Positions 39,101 to 52,995 of a DNA stretch of 64,000 nt are shown in pieces. The translations under genes were made by a program, and so were the position numbers. The stretch comes from Schmidtea polychroa (lineage: Eukaryota), in assembly GCA_044892525.1 (NCBI GenBank), contig CM097885.1, forward strand, positions 13,330,001 through 13,394,000, in the 5' to 3' direction. The number at the start of each line of letters is the position of its first letter. Position 1 is the stretch's first letter. The notes under the pieces were generated by a model. That model was given only the letters and a program-made list of their open reading frames with translations. It was not told the DNA's origin and made no database searches.

Positions 39101-41126
39101 GTCAAATACAGGATCTGTAATTTGATTATTATTACATATAGGAAACGCAATGTTTATACATAAATTTTAAGGAATTCTTTATATATAAACACATTTTTAA
39201 TATTAAGTGTTATTATATTATTCTAATTATTAATAATATTATTATTATTTATTATTTATTAATAATCTAATTAATAATAATCTTAACTCTCTATCAATCC
39301 ATCCTTTTATGTATCTATGAAATAATAAATAGAATCCCTGAAAACTTATCCTAAAAATATTTATTATTTATTGTATACAATGTAATGTTTACTTAGAATA
39401 AACAAAGAACGAGTTACAAAACATTAATGCTATAAATATTATCGTTTGTATACACAGTCTATCCTACTGTAGAATGTATTTTATCAAAATCTATTACTAA
39501 CTATATTTACATTGTCATAGCAAATCAAAAACCATGAACTTTTATTTTTAAAAGCCAAATACTGATGATTTAAACAAACAAATATTTACATGTTAATTAA
39601 AATTCATTTTCAAATGTAAACAACATATTGTAAAATATCATTAAAGAGATAATTTTTACTGTTTTTATATCAAGATATAACTTTTTAAGCCCCAACACGT
39701 CCAGAAGTCATATTTATTAATTTAATAATTAATCTAGATGACAAAGTCAATTAATTAATTAAAAACTTTTAAAACATTTTTAAAAATTTTATTTTTTAAA
39801 TATATTAATATCATTGGAACAAAGTTTTCTTTTTTTAATAAATATTACACAAATGTCTCACTTTGCGTCCATAATTAGTTATTCTAATATACTAGGCAAA
39901 TCGAAACCGCATTTCATATTTGAATTTCATTTTCACATTTTCATTTTAATTGTTTCACAATATTATTTTTTCGATATTTCATTACATTACTGAGGATTAT
40001 AAAATAATGCAAACTTACAAATATAAGCGCAATTCAATGCGAAACAGTTTAAGTGAAAGATATGCTACGCAAACGGAAACAACGCAAGGTGAGGTTTTGG
40101 TGTATTTTTCTTATATATATATATAACATCATTTCATCTTTGAATCTTTACATAATATTCGAAATAAGAAAATCGTATTGTGACAAAACTTCCAAGCAAC
40201 ATTTAATATTTCACCTAAAGCTTCAATTTCTCATGTGTTTTCGGAGAATGACTCTTAAATCACACGTCATCGGTTCGGAATTAAGTTACATAAACCCTCT
40301 TTACTTGAGTTCAACTAACTCAATTCATAAATATGAAATATAATTTTCTCCTTTGGTGGATTCCAAAATTTAAATAATTTTCTTTTTTAAATACAAGATG
40401 TAGTAATAATATTACGTAGCAGTAAACTTCAACAAGACTGTAGGAACTTAATGGAATTGAAATTTTTAATTCTTAGGAAACATCGAAAATTTGTTTTTCT
40501 AGTCCTTGTTATTTCCGAAAAGCTTTCCCCAATAATTAGATCACAACATTTCACTGAATCTTTTCTAGTAGTGTTACAAGCAACAGAAAAATTGATACTT
40601 TAGAGTAATTATTTTGAACTTTTGTCAGTAAAAATAATTATTTTCTTTTTTTGTCTTTATTTTATGTTAATATTTTATTAATTAAAAGTTATGTTATAAT
40701 TTTACTATTAGTAAAAATTGCAATTTGTTTTCTCTGAGATGTTATCTGATTTCAATGTGGAAATTTGTTTTACAAGATGATTTATTACTGAATGTGGGTT
40801 ATGTAACGAATTGACAATCTTCCTATTTATTTCATTTTTCAAGGATTTTATTTCGATGCGTCTTTTTTCCAGCAAAAAAAAGTTAACTGCACATTGGGAA
40901 TTTTGGTGTTCTAGAATTGGAAAAAATCTCAATAAATTTTAAAATCTGAAAATTGTGGATATTTATTAATTTTTTTATAATATAATTAGAAAAAATAGTG
41001 TTTTTTATCTAATAATATGACCTGGTAAAAATAATAGTTTTAATTTATAATTTGATAGTATTTTATTTTAATTGGATTATGCTAATTTTATAATTTAATT
41101 ATTGAATATTTATTATAAATTAAATT

Positions 41127-41264
41127 TATTAAAAAGCTGGACTATGAATCAGTGAATTATATAAAAAAACATCGATATTTTTGATTCATAGTCAAGCTTT
41201 TTAATCAATACAAAGTCAATTGAAAAGATATCGGTGGTGAAAGTTGAAAAAAGTTCTTATAATA
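41127..41264. repeat. Fold-back dispersed repeat family copy
   Basis: TTATTAAAAAGCTGGACTATGAATCA...TGATTCATAGTCAAGCTTTTTAAT plus reverse tail ending GTTCTTATAATA. Confidence 0.8.
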
Positions 41265-41461
41265 TAAATTAAATCTTGATTATAAATTAGTTGAATTTTT
41301 CAAACCAAATTAATAATAATTAAAAGATTTAATTAATAAAATCAAATTGAAATAAAGATCTATAACATGTCAAGGCCACGGTAATAGATAAAAAAGCAAT
41401 ATAAATGAACTCTTCTTTTTAACTTAATTCAAATTTAATACATTTCCATACTGATAGTCAA

Positions 41462-42470
41462 TACAGGTTGTCCTAAAAATACATACACGGTTTAAAAAAT
41501 TATTCGCATATAATTAATATTTAAATTGCAAAAGAATCTAAATAAAATGTATAACTTTTACTCCTACCGAAGGTGTTCAAAATTATTTCCGTTCTAGTAT
41601 TTATTTACAAACTGCAACAAACATTTCATTTGGTATTGTGGCGTATTCTTGCTCAATGGAGGTTTTTAATTCTTACATTGTTGTCGGTTTTCTGGCGTAG
41701 ACTTTATTTTTAAGGTATCCCCAAATAAAATGTCGAGTGGCGTCAGATTGGGGGAACGAGTAGGGTATTCTATAAAACCTCTTCATCCAAGCCATCAGTT
41801 TGGAAGATTCTCATCAAGATATGATCTTATATCACGATAATAGTGTGGAGGTGTTTTGTCCTGTTGAAAATAACATTCGCCATTTTCACCAAAGACCTCC
41901 CGAATACGTAGTAAAACAGATTTTTGCAGTAAATTCAAGTAATTGATACCAGTCAATGTACTGTCAAAAAAGAATAGTCAAATTAATCATTTGCTTGAAA
42001 TGCCGCACCACACTGAAACTCCTGGTAAATTTACACAGTGTTTCTGCATAACATGAAAATTTACAGTTGCCTAGTACATGTAATTATGCCCATTAATTGT
42101 GCATTTAATTTGAATTCATTGCTTTCAACTGCCTCTCTTGAAAACTGTATCATGTTCCCGTTTTCCAAGTACCATTGGCAAAAATAGTTTTCATCTTCTT
42201 TGATAGCATATACTATTGTTGGAATGTAACTTTTCCATTTACAACGTCTTAAAATGCCATATACACTTGATTTGGTGATGTTAATCTCACTAATTGTTGG
42301 TCTTACAGAGTTTTTAAATGTTTTGCAATAACTTTCCAGTACTCGTTCTTGCCTGGTGATGCTCACTGATGTTCTTGGTCTTTCATGATATTGTCAATGA
42401 ACATCCTGAACAGTTCCATTCGTTTTCTTACATTCATCTTTTATCGGATTAATTGTATTAATTCATTTGC
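41462..42470 (-). mobile_element. Degenerate Tc1/mariner-superfamily transposon
   Basis: Terminus TACAGGTTGTCC. The - strand fragments PRSPNLTPLD / FIWGYLKNKVYARKPTTM*ELKTSIEQEY and SKSSVYGILRRCKWKSY-like HTH region. Confidence 0.75.
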
Positions 42471-42972
42471 ATTTAAATTCATCGTCTCGCTTAGCTGTCT
42501 GCTAGATTATTGGCTCTTAGGGTGACTTTGATACTGTATTTTATTTTCTCAGGAGTCATCCTTTACTCACTCACAACTCATTCAATCACCAATGTTAAGT
42601 TTCTAGTATTAGTACCAGTGCGTTTGTTTTTGGAATTTTACTCGTTCGTTATTTGTAAAATCTATTTAGCTCGTGTGGAATAAACTATGAAAACTTTAAT
42701 GACTTTAATAATATCTTGATAAGCAGTCCACTGGATGAATCGTCCGCATGACATGTTTTGATGGGAATTAAAAAAACATTTTATTGTAATCCTTTTCTTA
42801 CTATTTTCATCACAATTAGTAATTCTAAAACGGGAGTAGCACGAAATTTCCCAGGATTTTTTCTGCCATACTTTAAAAGTGTTTAAATGAAGTCAACTTT
42901 TTTATTTAAGTGATTTTTTTTATCATGAATCAGAGCCATTTAACACTATAATGGCGGGACACAGCATGTATG

Positions 42973-43853
42973 TTCTACATCCGTTTGCACTGAATAAACG
43001 CATCTATAATGTAAAAATAAAATCAATACGTGTATATTATATAAACATACAAACTTACCTGTGTGTTGATTTTTAGCGTTGCAATGAATAAACGCATTTA
43101 ATATAGAAAGTGAGAAAGTGGTAGAAAAATAAACTGACACACAAAAATACAACACATAATAAAAAATGCATGCAAATTTTCGACATGTAGAATCGTTGTA
43201 ATGAATAAACGCACTATAATAAATCATTTACAGACATTTTTAGAAATTTTTAGAAAATAATGACCGATAAAATTTTGACGAAAATTCCGAAAACTCAACT
43301 TTGAGTTGTATAGATAATAAAGACATTATTTCGTAAGACTTATCTTCAATTTTTAATAAATTTAATATTAGTTTTTTAATAAAACATGACAAAATTCGAC
43401 TAATTAATCCCTTTAAAAATGTTTATTTATATTTAAAATATATCTGACTTACATTATATCGAAATAATTCCAAATAACTTCATAAAATTTCATAAAAATC
43501 CTAAAAAATATCCTGAAAAATTAATTAAAAATAATTTATAATAAAAAAGTTGATAAAAAGTATCATTTAAGAGCTTGAATAATGATCTCATACCTATATG
43601 GATCAAAATTCAAACCTTAAAGTTTACTTTAAATAAAAAAAATTACTTGAAAGCCATTTCTAAAATGGCTAAATACAAATAATTAAAATAGCTAAATAAA
43701 ATAGCTAAATAAGTAGTTACACCAACCGGCAATTGATTACTGAATTTATTACTGCACAAAAAATTCAATCACAAATAATGACGCATTTATAATATGGGTT
43801 GTACATACCAACCCATATTATAGATGCGTTTATTCAGTGCAAACGGGTGTAGC
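42973..43853. repeat. 36-bp inverted repeats about 800 bp apart, with a 21-bp-stem hairpin at 43782-43830
   Basis: CTACATCCGTTTGCACTGAATAAACGCATCTATAAT / ATTATAGATGCGTTTATTCAGTGCAAACGGGTGTAG. Hairpin ACGCATTTATAATATGGGTTG-TACATAC-CAACCCATATTATAGATGCGT. Confidence 0.75.
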
Positions 43854-44446
43854 TAATCCTAACGTTCGTGGCGTGGCACACAACACGTGTGTTATAGTTT
43901 CATTAATCGTTGGTGGTCTGTTACATACCTAATGTGTCATTTTATTTTTCGACTACCATACAGAGGTCCTCAATCTTTTCAGTAAAGGGCCACATTCAAT
44001 TTTACTGTCAAGTTTACACAACTAGGTCCCCCTGATTTATTACCATTCTAATTTTACGGTTTCATTCAACTTGAAAAAAATGGGTAGTGGGGCCTTTTTG
44101 TAATATGATACACAACAGTAAAATCTCGAATAGCCGCCTTGATCTTGTCTTCTCTCCCGCCCATCATAAAAGCTGGCGACGACCTCAAAACATATGTTTG
44201 TATTATTTGCCAGTATATTATCGTTTCCAGTGAAATTGTAACCGTAATTTACAAAATTTATTTAAAAAATCAACTTTTCTTTAAAAAAATCATTTCTGGA
44301 ATGTTCAAGGTTGAGAACATCTGCCTAATATATAATTCTTATTTACTGGTTCACTTTACGTACAATGCAAAAAAAAATCTTTTTCTTAAAACGATTATTA
44401 CAATATAAAATGATGATTTCTTGTTAGCATCATTTATTATTTAAAA

Positions 44447-44601
44447 CAATAAAGTGATAATTTAAGCCTTTTGCTGCAAATAATGTATTTAATGAAAACA
44501 TTTTCGACTATAAGACAGTCTTTATCAATCTATCTTATAGTCGAAAATTTTTTCATTAAATATATTATTTGCAGTAGAAGGCTTAAATTATCACTTTATT
44601 G
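44447..44601. repeat. Long near-perfect palindrome (~69-bp arms, ~17-nt loop)
   Basis: CAATAAAGTGATAATTTAAGCCTT...TTTTCGACTATAAGA paired with TCTTATAGTCGAAAA...AAGGCTTAAATTATCACTTTATTG. Confidence 0.85.
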
Positions 44602-46149
44602 ATTATTACAATAGTTATGAACATTTTTCGAAAATTATAAAAATGGCCTGTTTTCGTAAATAAAACACCGGCCAATAGCGCAAGTTTATAGTGAATACTA
44701 GCGGCCATTATAGTGTTACGTTAATATAGAAAAAGAACAGTGACTATGGATAGACTGTCAAAACAGAAACGTCAGTCAAATTATTTCTCTTTTGTTTGTT
44801 ATTTAATTCAAAATCCATTTTGCTTTCAATTTTGTTATATTTTTTTATTTTTCAAATTTCATTTTCTCATTGAACCGAAAAAAAGCCTAATTGTTTTAAT
44901 CAAATATGTCAAAAACCACAGAATTGTTTTGTTTTCATATGAAAAAAAACACTTATAATAATGTTAAAAATGTCGCTAATTCTCTAATTTTGTAACCATT
45001 AAACCTTGCTGAAACCCACTCAAGATATATTAATGATTTAATAAACATTTGTTAATCATAATATTGTTGAATTAATTGGTCATGCCTGAATGATTCCGGT
45101 AGAATTTATCGATTTGAAACTGTCTAATTATAGAATAAAATTTTCTCTGACAATATCATAGTGAAATGGACATCGATTGGCGGTTTTCTTTAGTCTTTTA
45201 GCAATTGAAAATCTTTTCTGTTTGTCATGATCTCCAGCTCTATTAGTCTCTGGAAAGGATGAAATCACAATTTTAATGATTTAAACACAAAAAATATTGA
45301 TTTATTTATATTTTTAAAATTTTAATTTCAATGACATTATATTGTTATTGGCCATAAATGCGCCATGCTTTGATCATTCACATTTGATCTATATTTGAAA
45401 TTTGTTTATAGACTTTTAGTTGAAAGGTCTAAGTTTTGACATTCAATGGGAATTATGCATTATTATCAACAGTGATTATCATCAATTCTCATCATTAGTC
45501 CATTTAGGACTGAAGATTTATCAATCACAACAGTAATTATAATAAGAAAAATATTATCTTTAAAACTTTTTTTCTTATTTTCCTTCACCACTGAATTACA
45601 TTAGATCAATAAATTATTAAGGATTATCACAAAGTTTCTTGTTTTAGTCATTAAAGTAGTAGTTTAAAACAAATATGTTGTGAAATAAATTAAATATAGT
45701 CTTTCTCTATGTTAATAAAACTGTAATATTATATAAAGCGGCTGACTCTCATGATTAATTTCTTTAACAGGTTTCCAGCGATGAAATATAAAATCATAAT
45801 ATTATGTTATAAAATACGACAATAATTATTTATAGATAATTATAATGCCAAAGTAATACTTATATTATTGGCATAAGTTGGTCTCGTTTTATTTATAGTT
45901 CATATTACTAGTATAGCATCTTTTAGCCATATCCATGTTCTCCTATGCTTGTTATAACGGACACTGAATAATAGTCTATATTATCTCACNNNNNNNNNNN
46001 NNNNNNNNNNNNNNNNNNNNNNNNNNNNNNNNNNNNNNNNNNNNNNNNNNNNNNNNNNNNNNNNNNNNNNNNNNNNNNNNNNNNNNNNNNNNNNNNNNNN
46101 NNNNNNNNNNNNNNNNNNNNNNNNNNNNNNNNNNNNNNNNNNNNNNNNN

Positions 46150-46494
46150 ATTTTAGGAAAATAACATTTGGCTGGGCAAATGCCATTGAGGTTAGAATTT
46201 TAAATTTGTTTTGCGTGTTTTTTTTATTACATAAAACATAGAGGTAGGTACTTTGAAAAAAGTTAATTATTATGGTTTAATAATACATTATAATGGTTAT
46301 TTCAATTTTTTTCTTCATATCTGTATAACCTCGAAATTAATAACATTAGAATTATTTGCCCAACAAAGATTTAGCCAAATGGCTTTTGCCTGGGCAAATG
46401 CTATTTTCCTAGTCAAATGGAAATGAAATAATAGCTAAAGCTATTTGACCAGGCAAATGGCATTTGTCTAGCCAAATGTTATTTTCCTAAAATT
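46150..46494. mobile_element. MITE with ~38-bp TIRs and internal subterminal repeats; left end abuts a gap
   Basis: ATTTTAGGAAAATAACATTTGGCTGGGCAAATGCCATT vs AATGGCATTTGTCTAGCCAAATGTTATTTTCCTAAAAT. Confidence 0.7.
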
Positions 46495-47639
46495 ACCATT
46501 TGCCTACGACATATATATATATATTCGTGTTATTTAATTAATTTTTTAAATATTTTAAAATTCCAAATGAAAATATATTTTCGAAATTGTACACAATTAT
46601 TTTGAATCACATATGATTCAATTTGAGATTTTGTTCAGTTCTATCATTAAATCTACGGAGGCTTTCTGAATTTTTTAGAAGGTATTCTTTATCTGAATAT
46701 TGTGGATCGTCATTTACAAATTTGGATAGAAGATGAGATGTATTCTGAATTATATTAAGATCTAGACTTTTTTGTGGTCAATGAAGCCAATAATTTTATT
46801 ATGCAAAACATTGAAAACTTTTTTATAAAAAGACAAACTTATAAAATCCAGATATATTCCACAGTAATGATCTATGTTTCTTTTCTTATGCTCAACTATA
46901 TGAATCACGTCTTTCAAATGGCTATGTTCCTGAATTCGTGTATGGATATCACGGGAAGTCTATCCAATGTAGAAATACTGACTAAGGAAGCAATTGACCT
47001 TCTATCGATTGCACTTAACGGAAACAAGGAAAATTACAGTTCATTTAATGATGGTGAACCTTTAAAATTTCATGTTTTAGTGATTTATTATTCGGAAGGT
47101 TTTAAAAATTTTTAATTTTCTGTCATGAAATCATTAGGCAATTCTAATTTATCAAAAATTTTAAAATCATTAAATATGTTTAGAAATAAATTGTGAACCC
47201 CAATAGGTTTAGCGTATAAGTTTTCATGTAATGGGTGCAATGCCACAAATGCATTGGAAAGACTTCCCGTCATATCCGCACACGAATTAGCCGATTTTTG
47301 TAAAAATTTAATTTTAATCAATTATTAAATAACTAGAAAATTAATTAATCAATTATTATTTTCCAATTTAATTAATTATAATTGTTTTTTCAACATTTTT
47401 TTATTCAATCATTCAATTTATTGCAATTAAAAATAATTTAATCTCATTTCTTTAAAAATAATTAGTTTTTTTATTTTTAAAATTTTGTCTATTTGTAGTT
47501 TGTAAATTCGCAAATATTTTTATCTGTTAAATTCTTTTGAATAACTTAAGGAATTCTGATAATTTTTCATGATTTTTTGTTTTAATTACAATATCTAGCA
47601 AATACTTTAATTATTAAGATTAGGTTTAACTATCAAGTC

Positions 47640-47752
47640 AAGAACTTTTTTTTCAAATTTCACCACTGATTTCTTTTCCATTGACATTGTATTTTTTAAA
47701 AAGTTTGACTATGAATCAGTAATATATCGATGTTTGTAGTATTCACGAATTT
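47640..47752. repeat. Fold-back dispersed repeat family, single forward unit
   Basis: AAGAACTTTTTTTTCAAATTTCACCACTGATTTCTTTTCC...GACTATGAATCAGTAATATATCGATGTTTG...ATTCACGAATTTT. Confidence 0.75.
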
Positions 47753-49263
47753 TTATATTTACTAGATAATAAAGCTATTTTCACAAAAATTGTATTTTTA
47801 ATACAAAAACGTATTTTTCACAATATTGCACGGATCTGTTAAGATTTAACATACTTCTATTTATACTGATAACAGAATGCAAAATTTTAATGATCTTCGA
47901 CAGGCAACAGGTGAATAATATGGTCCTTGAATAACGTTTGTAAAAATTTCTTTTTTGCTTTTATAACCACGGTTAATTAATTTGCCATATAACTTGTGAA
48001 AATTTATTTTTTTTCTAAAATTATAAATTTCGTTTAATGCAATTTTAAATAACAAGGAACCAACTAACCGTATTATTCGATGGTTGCTTGTAGATGTATT
48101 TTTAATGGTGAAATTCGAAATTTACAATTATTGATCTGACTCCAAAGCGTGTTTTGGTTGACAACAATAATGAATCGAAATAATAAACTTTATTTGATCA
48201 GCACAATTAATTGCAATTTAAAAATACACAAAGGGTCCAATATTACAATAGTGGCTATTAAATGCTTATCGCAATCCTCCGAGTAGAATTCACAATCACT
48301 TAATTACTGCGTCTGTTTCCAATAATTGGTAAAATCGACCTTGCTTTAACTTAAAAATACTCTGGCAATAAATTAATTCAGTAAGTTTATATAATATTTC
48401 TCCTTTTCGTTTCGTTTTCTAATCTGAGTTTACACAATGGATGGTCTAGTTGCTCAAACCCACATTTTCAATTGGTTTTTGTGTTCACTGCAACATGTTT
48501 AGTTGTATGTTTTTTTTGGAACAAATCAAACTTCAGTTTGCGTAACTTGTGCTTTGATAAAATAAATGTAGTAATAATAGCTGATGTTCTTTTTTAACAA
48601 AATTTAGAAGATACTAAAAATCACCGACATAAAATTCCTAACTCTAGCACTCTTGGTGTACGGACTTATATCTGTCTCCTTTCCATTAAGGGTATTTACT
48701 AGAGATCTAAATTAAAATCCATCAAACTAACATCTTACCCCAACTTTCTGATTTTCAATTGTACAAACTTTTACTGTCTCTTGTAAACATTGATTTAAAC
48801 ATACTACTTTATTTAGGTAATATTTTTTTTCATAAACAGAATTTTCTTAAATTTTGGAAATTGAATGGTGACATGAGTCTATTATTTAGATTTAATTTTA
48901 ATTTTTAAATTCAACTTGTTATGAAAAAAATTAAATCTTTTAATAAAGCTGTTGAAAAATTTCTTTCTTGCATGTTTTTCAAAAAGATAGTGAAATGGCT
49001 GTAAATAAGTGTCATTATATTTAAACAAACTATGACATTTTAATATTTGGATTTTTTCATAAAAATTTGCTTTTTCTATTTCTTATTTAAAAAACCAAAA
49101 TGATTTACAAAGAATCAAATACATTTAACTTTTATTAATATAAATAATTTATCAATATTTTCATTTTATAGACATTTTTATAAATTATATTTTTGTTAAA
49201 ATCAAGTTCGCCCAATTAATTATAAATTAATACAAAGAAAATTTATTTTTAATTATTTTTAAT

Positions 49264-49408
49264 ATTATAGGAACTATTTTCAAATTTCACCACTGATTTC
49301 TTTTCAATTGACATTGTATTTATTAAAAGGCTTGACTATGAATAAGTAAATATATCGATGATTTTTTGATATATTTATTGATTCATATATATCCAGCTTT
49401 TTAATAAA
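49264..49408. repeat. Fold-back dispersed repeat family copy (tail plus hairpin)
   Basis: Tail, then TTATTAAAAGGCTTGACTATGAATAAGTAAATATATC / GATATATTTATTGATTCATAT...CAGCTTTTTAATAA. Confidence 0.8.
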
Positions 49409-51892
49409 TAAAATTATTTTTAAATTTATAATTATTTTTAAATTTATATTTTTAAAGTTTAACCCAAAAAAGATATTTTTTAAAAATAATTAATTATGAA
49501 AATAAATAAATTGATTATATGAAAAAGATCATATAAAGATGATAATGTCAAAAAACAGCCAAAAGAAGGACCTTGTCTGCTGGCCAACGGAAATGTATAT
49601 AAAAATACCTACGGACGACGCGCATCTTGACGCATGGAGAGGAACGCATACAAAATAGAGAATTCACAGAAATTTAAATGACTAATCATCCACCAATGAT
49701 ATTGTTTTAAAATCTGTCGTAAAGTACGATTTTCAAGAATAACGCGCTGGTTTATGTCAATGACAACATTTGTGGCGAGTTTAAAGTACGAATTTGTAAT
49801 AAAATACAGTTAATCCATGCAATAAATCTTCGTAAATAAACTTAATAGGAATCGCATACCTTGACTGATGTATGTACGCAGTTGGCCAGAAGAAAGATAG
49901 TTTAAAAATAAAAGATAAATCACGACAAAATAAAATTATTTCCAAATATTTTTGGTTTAAACAATTTAGACTTTTATCAAATGTCCAAAATTTCAGTTTT
50001 ATTTTGTACTGCATTTCAATGTGAATTTGCGACGTAATCAGAAATTATATTTAATCTCATTGTGATTATATCTGTGCTGAGTATTGAGATAAGCATTTTG
50101 TCAAAGGTTCAGTGATAATGGCATGACTCCGCACAGTTCCTCTGCCAACCAGGAAATTTCCAGAACTAGTAATTTTATTTTAGGAAAGCGCCACTGACAT
50201 TCATTTGCCGGTATATTTCGACAGTTTCTGTCATCATTTGGTAGGATAGAAACACCTATAGATTTTATTAAATTTTATTAAAAGTATTTTTAAAATTTTC
50301 AATTTCAATCAATTATATTTTAAATTTTACTAAATATATTTAAAGATTTTAAAAATATTTTATTAAAAAATTTAAAAACTATTTAAAAACATTCAAAACA
50401 CAAGTGTTCACAGCATTTTGCACATTTCTTTTCGCATCCAATGATTTTATCAACAAAGCTTCACAGTTAATTATTAAATGTTTTTGAAGGTTTTTGTAAA
50501 TTTGAGTACAAGAAAAATAAGGTGAATAATTTATCGTTGGTGGATTTTATCTTCTACTTTTAAAAATTCAGTGAAAAGTGTTGATAAATTAGTTGAGTTG
50601 TTAATAAAGAATGGGTATTCAAAATCATTTATTAATAATATATTTATTAATTTATTTATTGATGTATTTATTAATTTTTTAATTAAAAATTAATTTGTTT
50701 ATAAAGTTTATTTATATAATCTATAATATCCATAGTTTTTTCTCTTCCTAACCGAGAGGAAAACTGTAGAAATATATAGTAAAACGAATGTTTGAGTGGA
50801 GTTTTCTTATAATTAAATCATTGACATGTTTATTTAATTATTTAGTAATTTTATGTATAATTTTTTTATTATAATTTTTAATTTATATTTATTAAAGAAT
50901 TAAAAGTTTTTAATATTAAAAAAAATTTTTTTTACTGAACTGAATTGCGTTAGTTTTTAAAGTAATCGTCGTTACAATCTTTAATCTTTTCCAATTTATC
51001 ATGTAGCATATGAATATCATCCAAAATAAACAAGGCGGGCTTTGAAAAAATTAATTCATCTATGAAATTAAGTACACTTTCTAATTTTTTAAGTAGTGCG
51101 CAAACACAGTGTGCTATAATAACAGAAAAGACGTGAAATTCCTAATGGAATACGCAGGATGTGGAAGTACTAAGCTTCAATCCGTGTTTCATTCATTGTC
51201 AAATTTGAAAGGAAACTCCTTTGCAACTTCGATTCTAATGCATTCTAAAAGTGAAATATATTCTGGAGCTATTGAAACATTACCAATTTTTGTGTACGAT
51301 CTTCATTATATAATTCATTTTCTCCTTTACCTGGCATTTGTTTATGTCTTTCTGTTCTTTACTTGGTCGCCAACTTGTTCTTACTTTTTCTGAACTTTGC
51401 AAACCCTGATAGAATAAATATATTCATTAAACCAAAATGATATAACCTTGAATGTAATAAAAATAAAACAACTAATTAATTACATTTTTTAAAAATAACT
51501 GTTCTTATATACAATCTTTCACAAATGATTTTCCATAATAATGTTTTACGTTTTATAAACTATTTATAAAATATGGGAAAAATAATTTGTCAGGGGTTGA
51601 AGGTGAAATATCTAATTGAATATTAATATTTTAATTAATTATTTCTTATTGTATATTTTTTGTATATTTCAGTTCCAAAGATTGAATAATAAGTTAACAT
51701 TATTATTGTAATGTAAATCAGACACAAATTAAGAATCATCATCAAAACAAAGACAAATAATTAGATTTTTTGTTTTTATTATAGGAATTATAATACGAAT
51801 TTTATTCTTTCATAAAAATGAAAGAAAATACACTAAAAATGCTTTTCATATTCAAGTTCCATTCGGGTTATTTCTATTGCAAAAGTTTTATT

Positions 51893-52210
51893 GTATTTAT
51901 AAAAAAATTTGACTATGAATCAGTAAATATATCGATGTTTTTTGATATTGAAGAATTTTTGGCACAACCTTTTTCAAGTGATTCGTGAATATAAAATAAC
52001 GTCGATACAACACAATGTCAACTGTAAAGGAAAGAGAGGTGAAAATCGAAAGAAGTTCTTATAATATTTAAATAATAGTCTTATAAGAACTTTTTTCAAT
52101 TTCCACAACTGATTTCTTTTCTTTTGACATTGTATTTATTAGAAAGCTTGACTATGAATCAATAAATAAATCAATGTTTTTTGATATTAACGAATTTTCG
52201 GAACTGGCTT
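51893..52210. repeat. Two adjacent fold-back family copies arranged tail-to-tail
   Basis: First copy ends AAGTTCTTATAATA (~52065). Second begins TTATAAGAACTTTTTTC (~52080) and runs through the full ~140-bp unit. Confidence 0.8.
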
Positions 52211-52557
52211 TTTCATTGGCTTATAATAATAGTAAATGATTGAGTGAACCATTTTTCCTTATTTTATTATATAATTTCTACTACATTGTTTGTCTCTTTA
52301 TTTTAACCCCTGGTTTGTATTTAATTTTTCCGCAGTTCTTTCAATAAAAAGGCTGCCAAGCTTATATATGAAAATTAATAAGCATTGGTGTAGGTTTTGT
52401 CATTTTGGGAATACCGAAACATAATAGTGAATGAAAATAGCAATGAAATGTTGATAAGGAAAATACGGTAAATAAAGGGAAATGATCAGATAGCTAAATG
52501 TTGTACTAAAAAACCAAAAGATTCACAATTATTTGCATTTATATATTTATATAGTTA

Positions 52558-52995
52558 CAGTGAATTTGTATTACCAGTGAGAATATATTTTCACTAACGT
52601 TTCAGTGAATTCATATCCGAATACGTTTTCACCAGTGGAAACCTTGAGAGTATAAAAATGTATAGTATTAGACAAAGACAGATCGTCGGTAATCCGTGGA
52701 TATTCAAAATAGAGAGGTTAGCGTCGATGATGGAGAGGTTTAGTCGTGATGAGAAGCGAATTCAAGTGTGGCTGCGAGAGGGAGGCGACGAAGCGAATAA
52801 AATTGACAGTTGGTTGGGCGACAGATCGACACTTAGGGCCAAATATTTCCACGCGGCTTGTCAATGAATACAAACTCACTAAATGTAACCAGTGAATTTG
52901 TATCTTCATTGTTAGATATACATTCACTGACCGGCTTAGCGAAAATATATTTTCACCCGTGAAAATATATTCTCACTGGTAATACAAATTCACTG
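52558..52995. mobile_element. MITE with 37-bp perfect TIRs and TA flanks, GC-richer core
   Basis: CAGTGAATTTGTATTACCAGTGAGAATATATTTTCAC and its reverse complement ending 52995. TA at 52556-52557 and 52996-52997. Confidence 0.85.

Noticed and set aside
46774-47115. 113-aa ORF, or an EML HELP-like motif in another frame
   Set aside because: No supporting WD40 repeats or exon chain. The match is too short.
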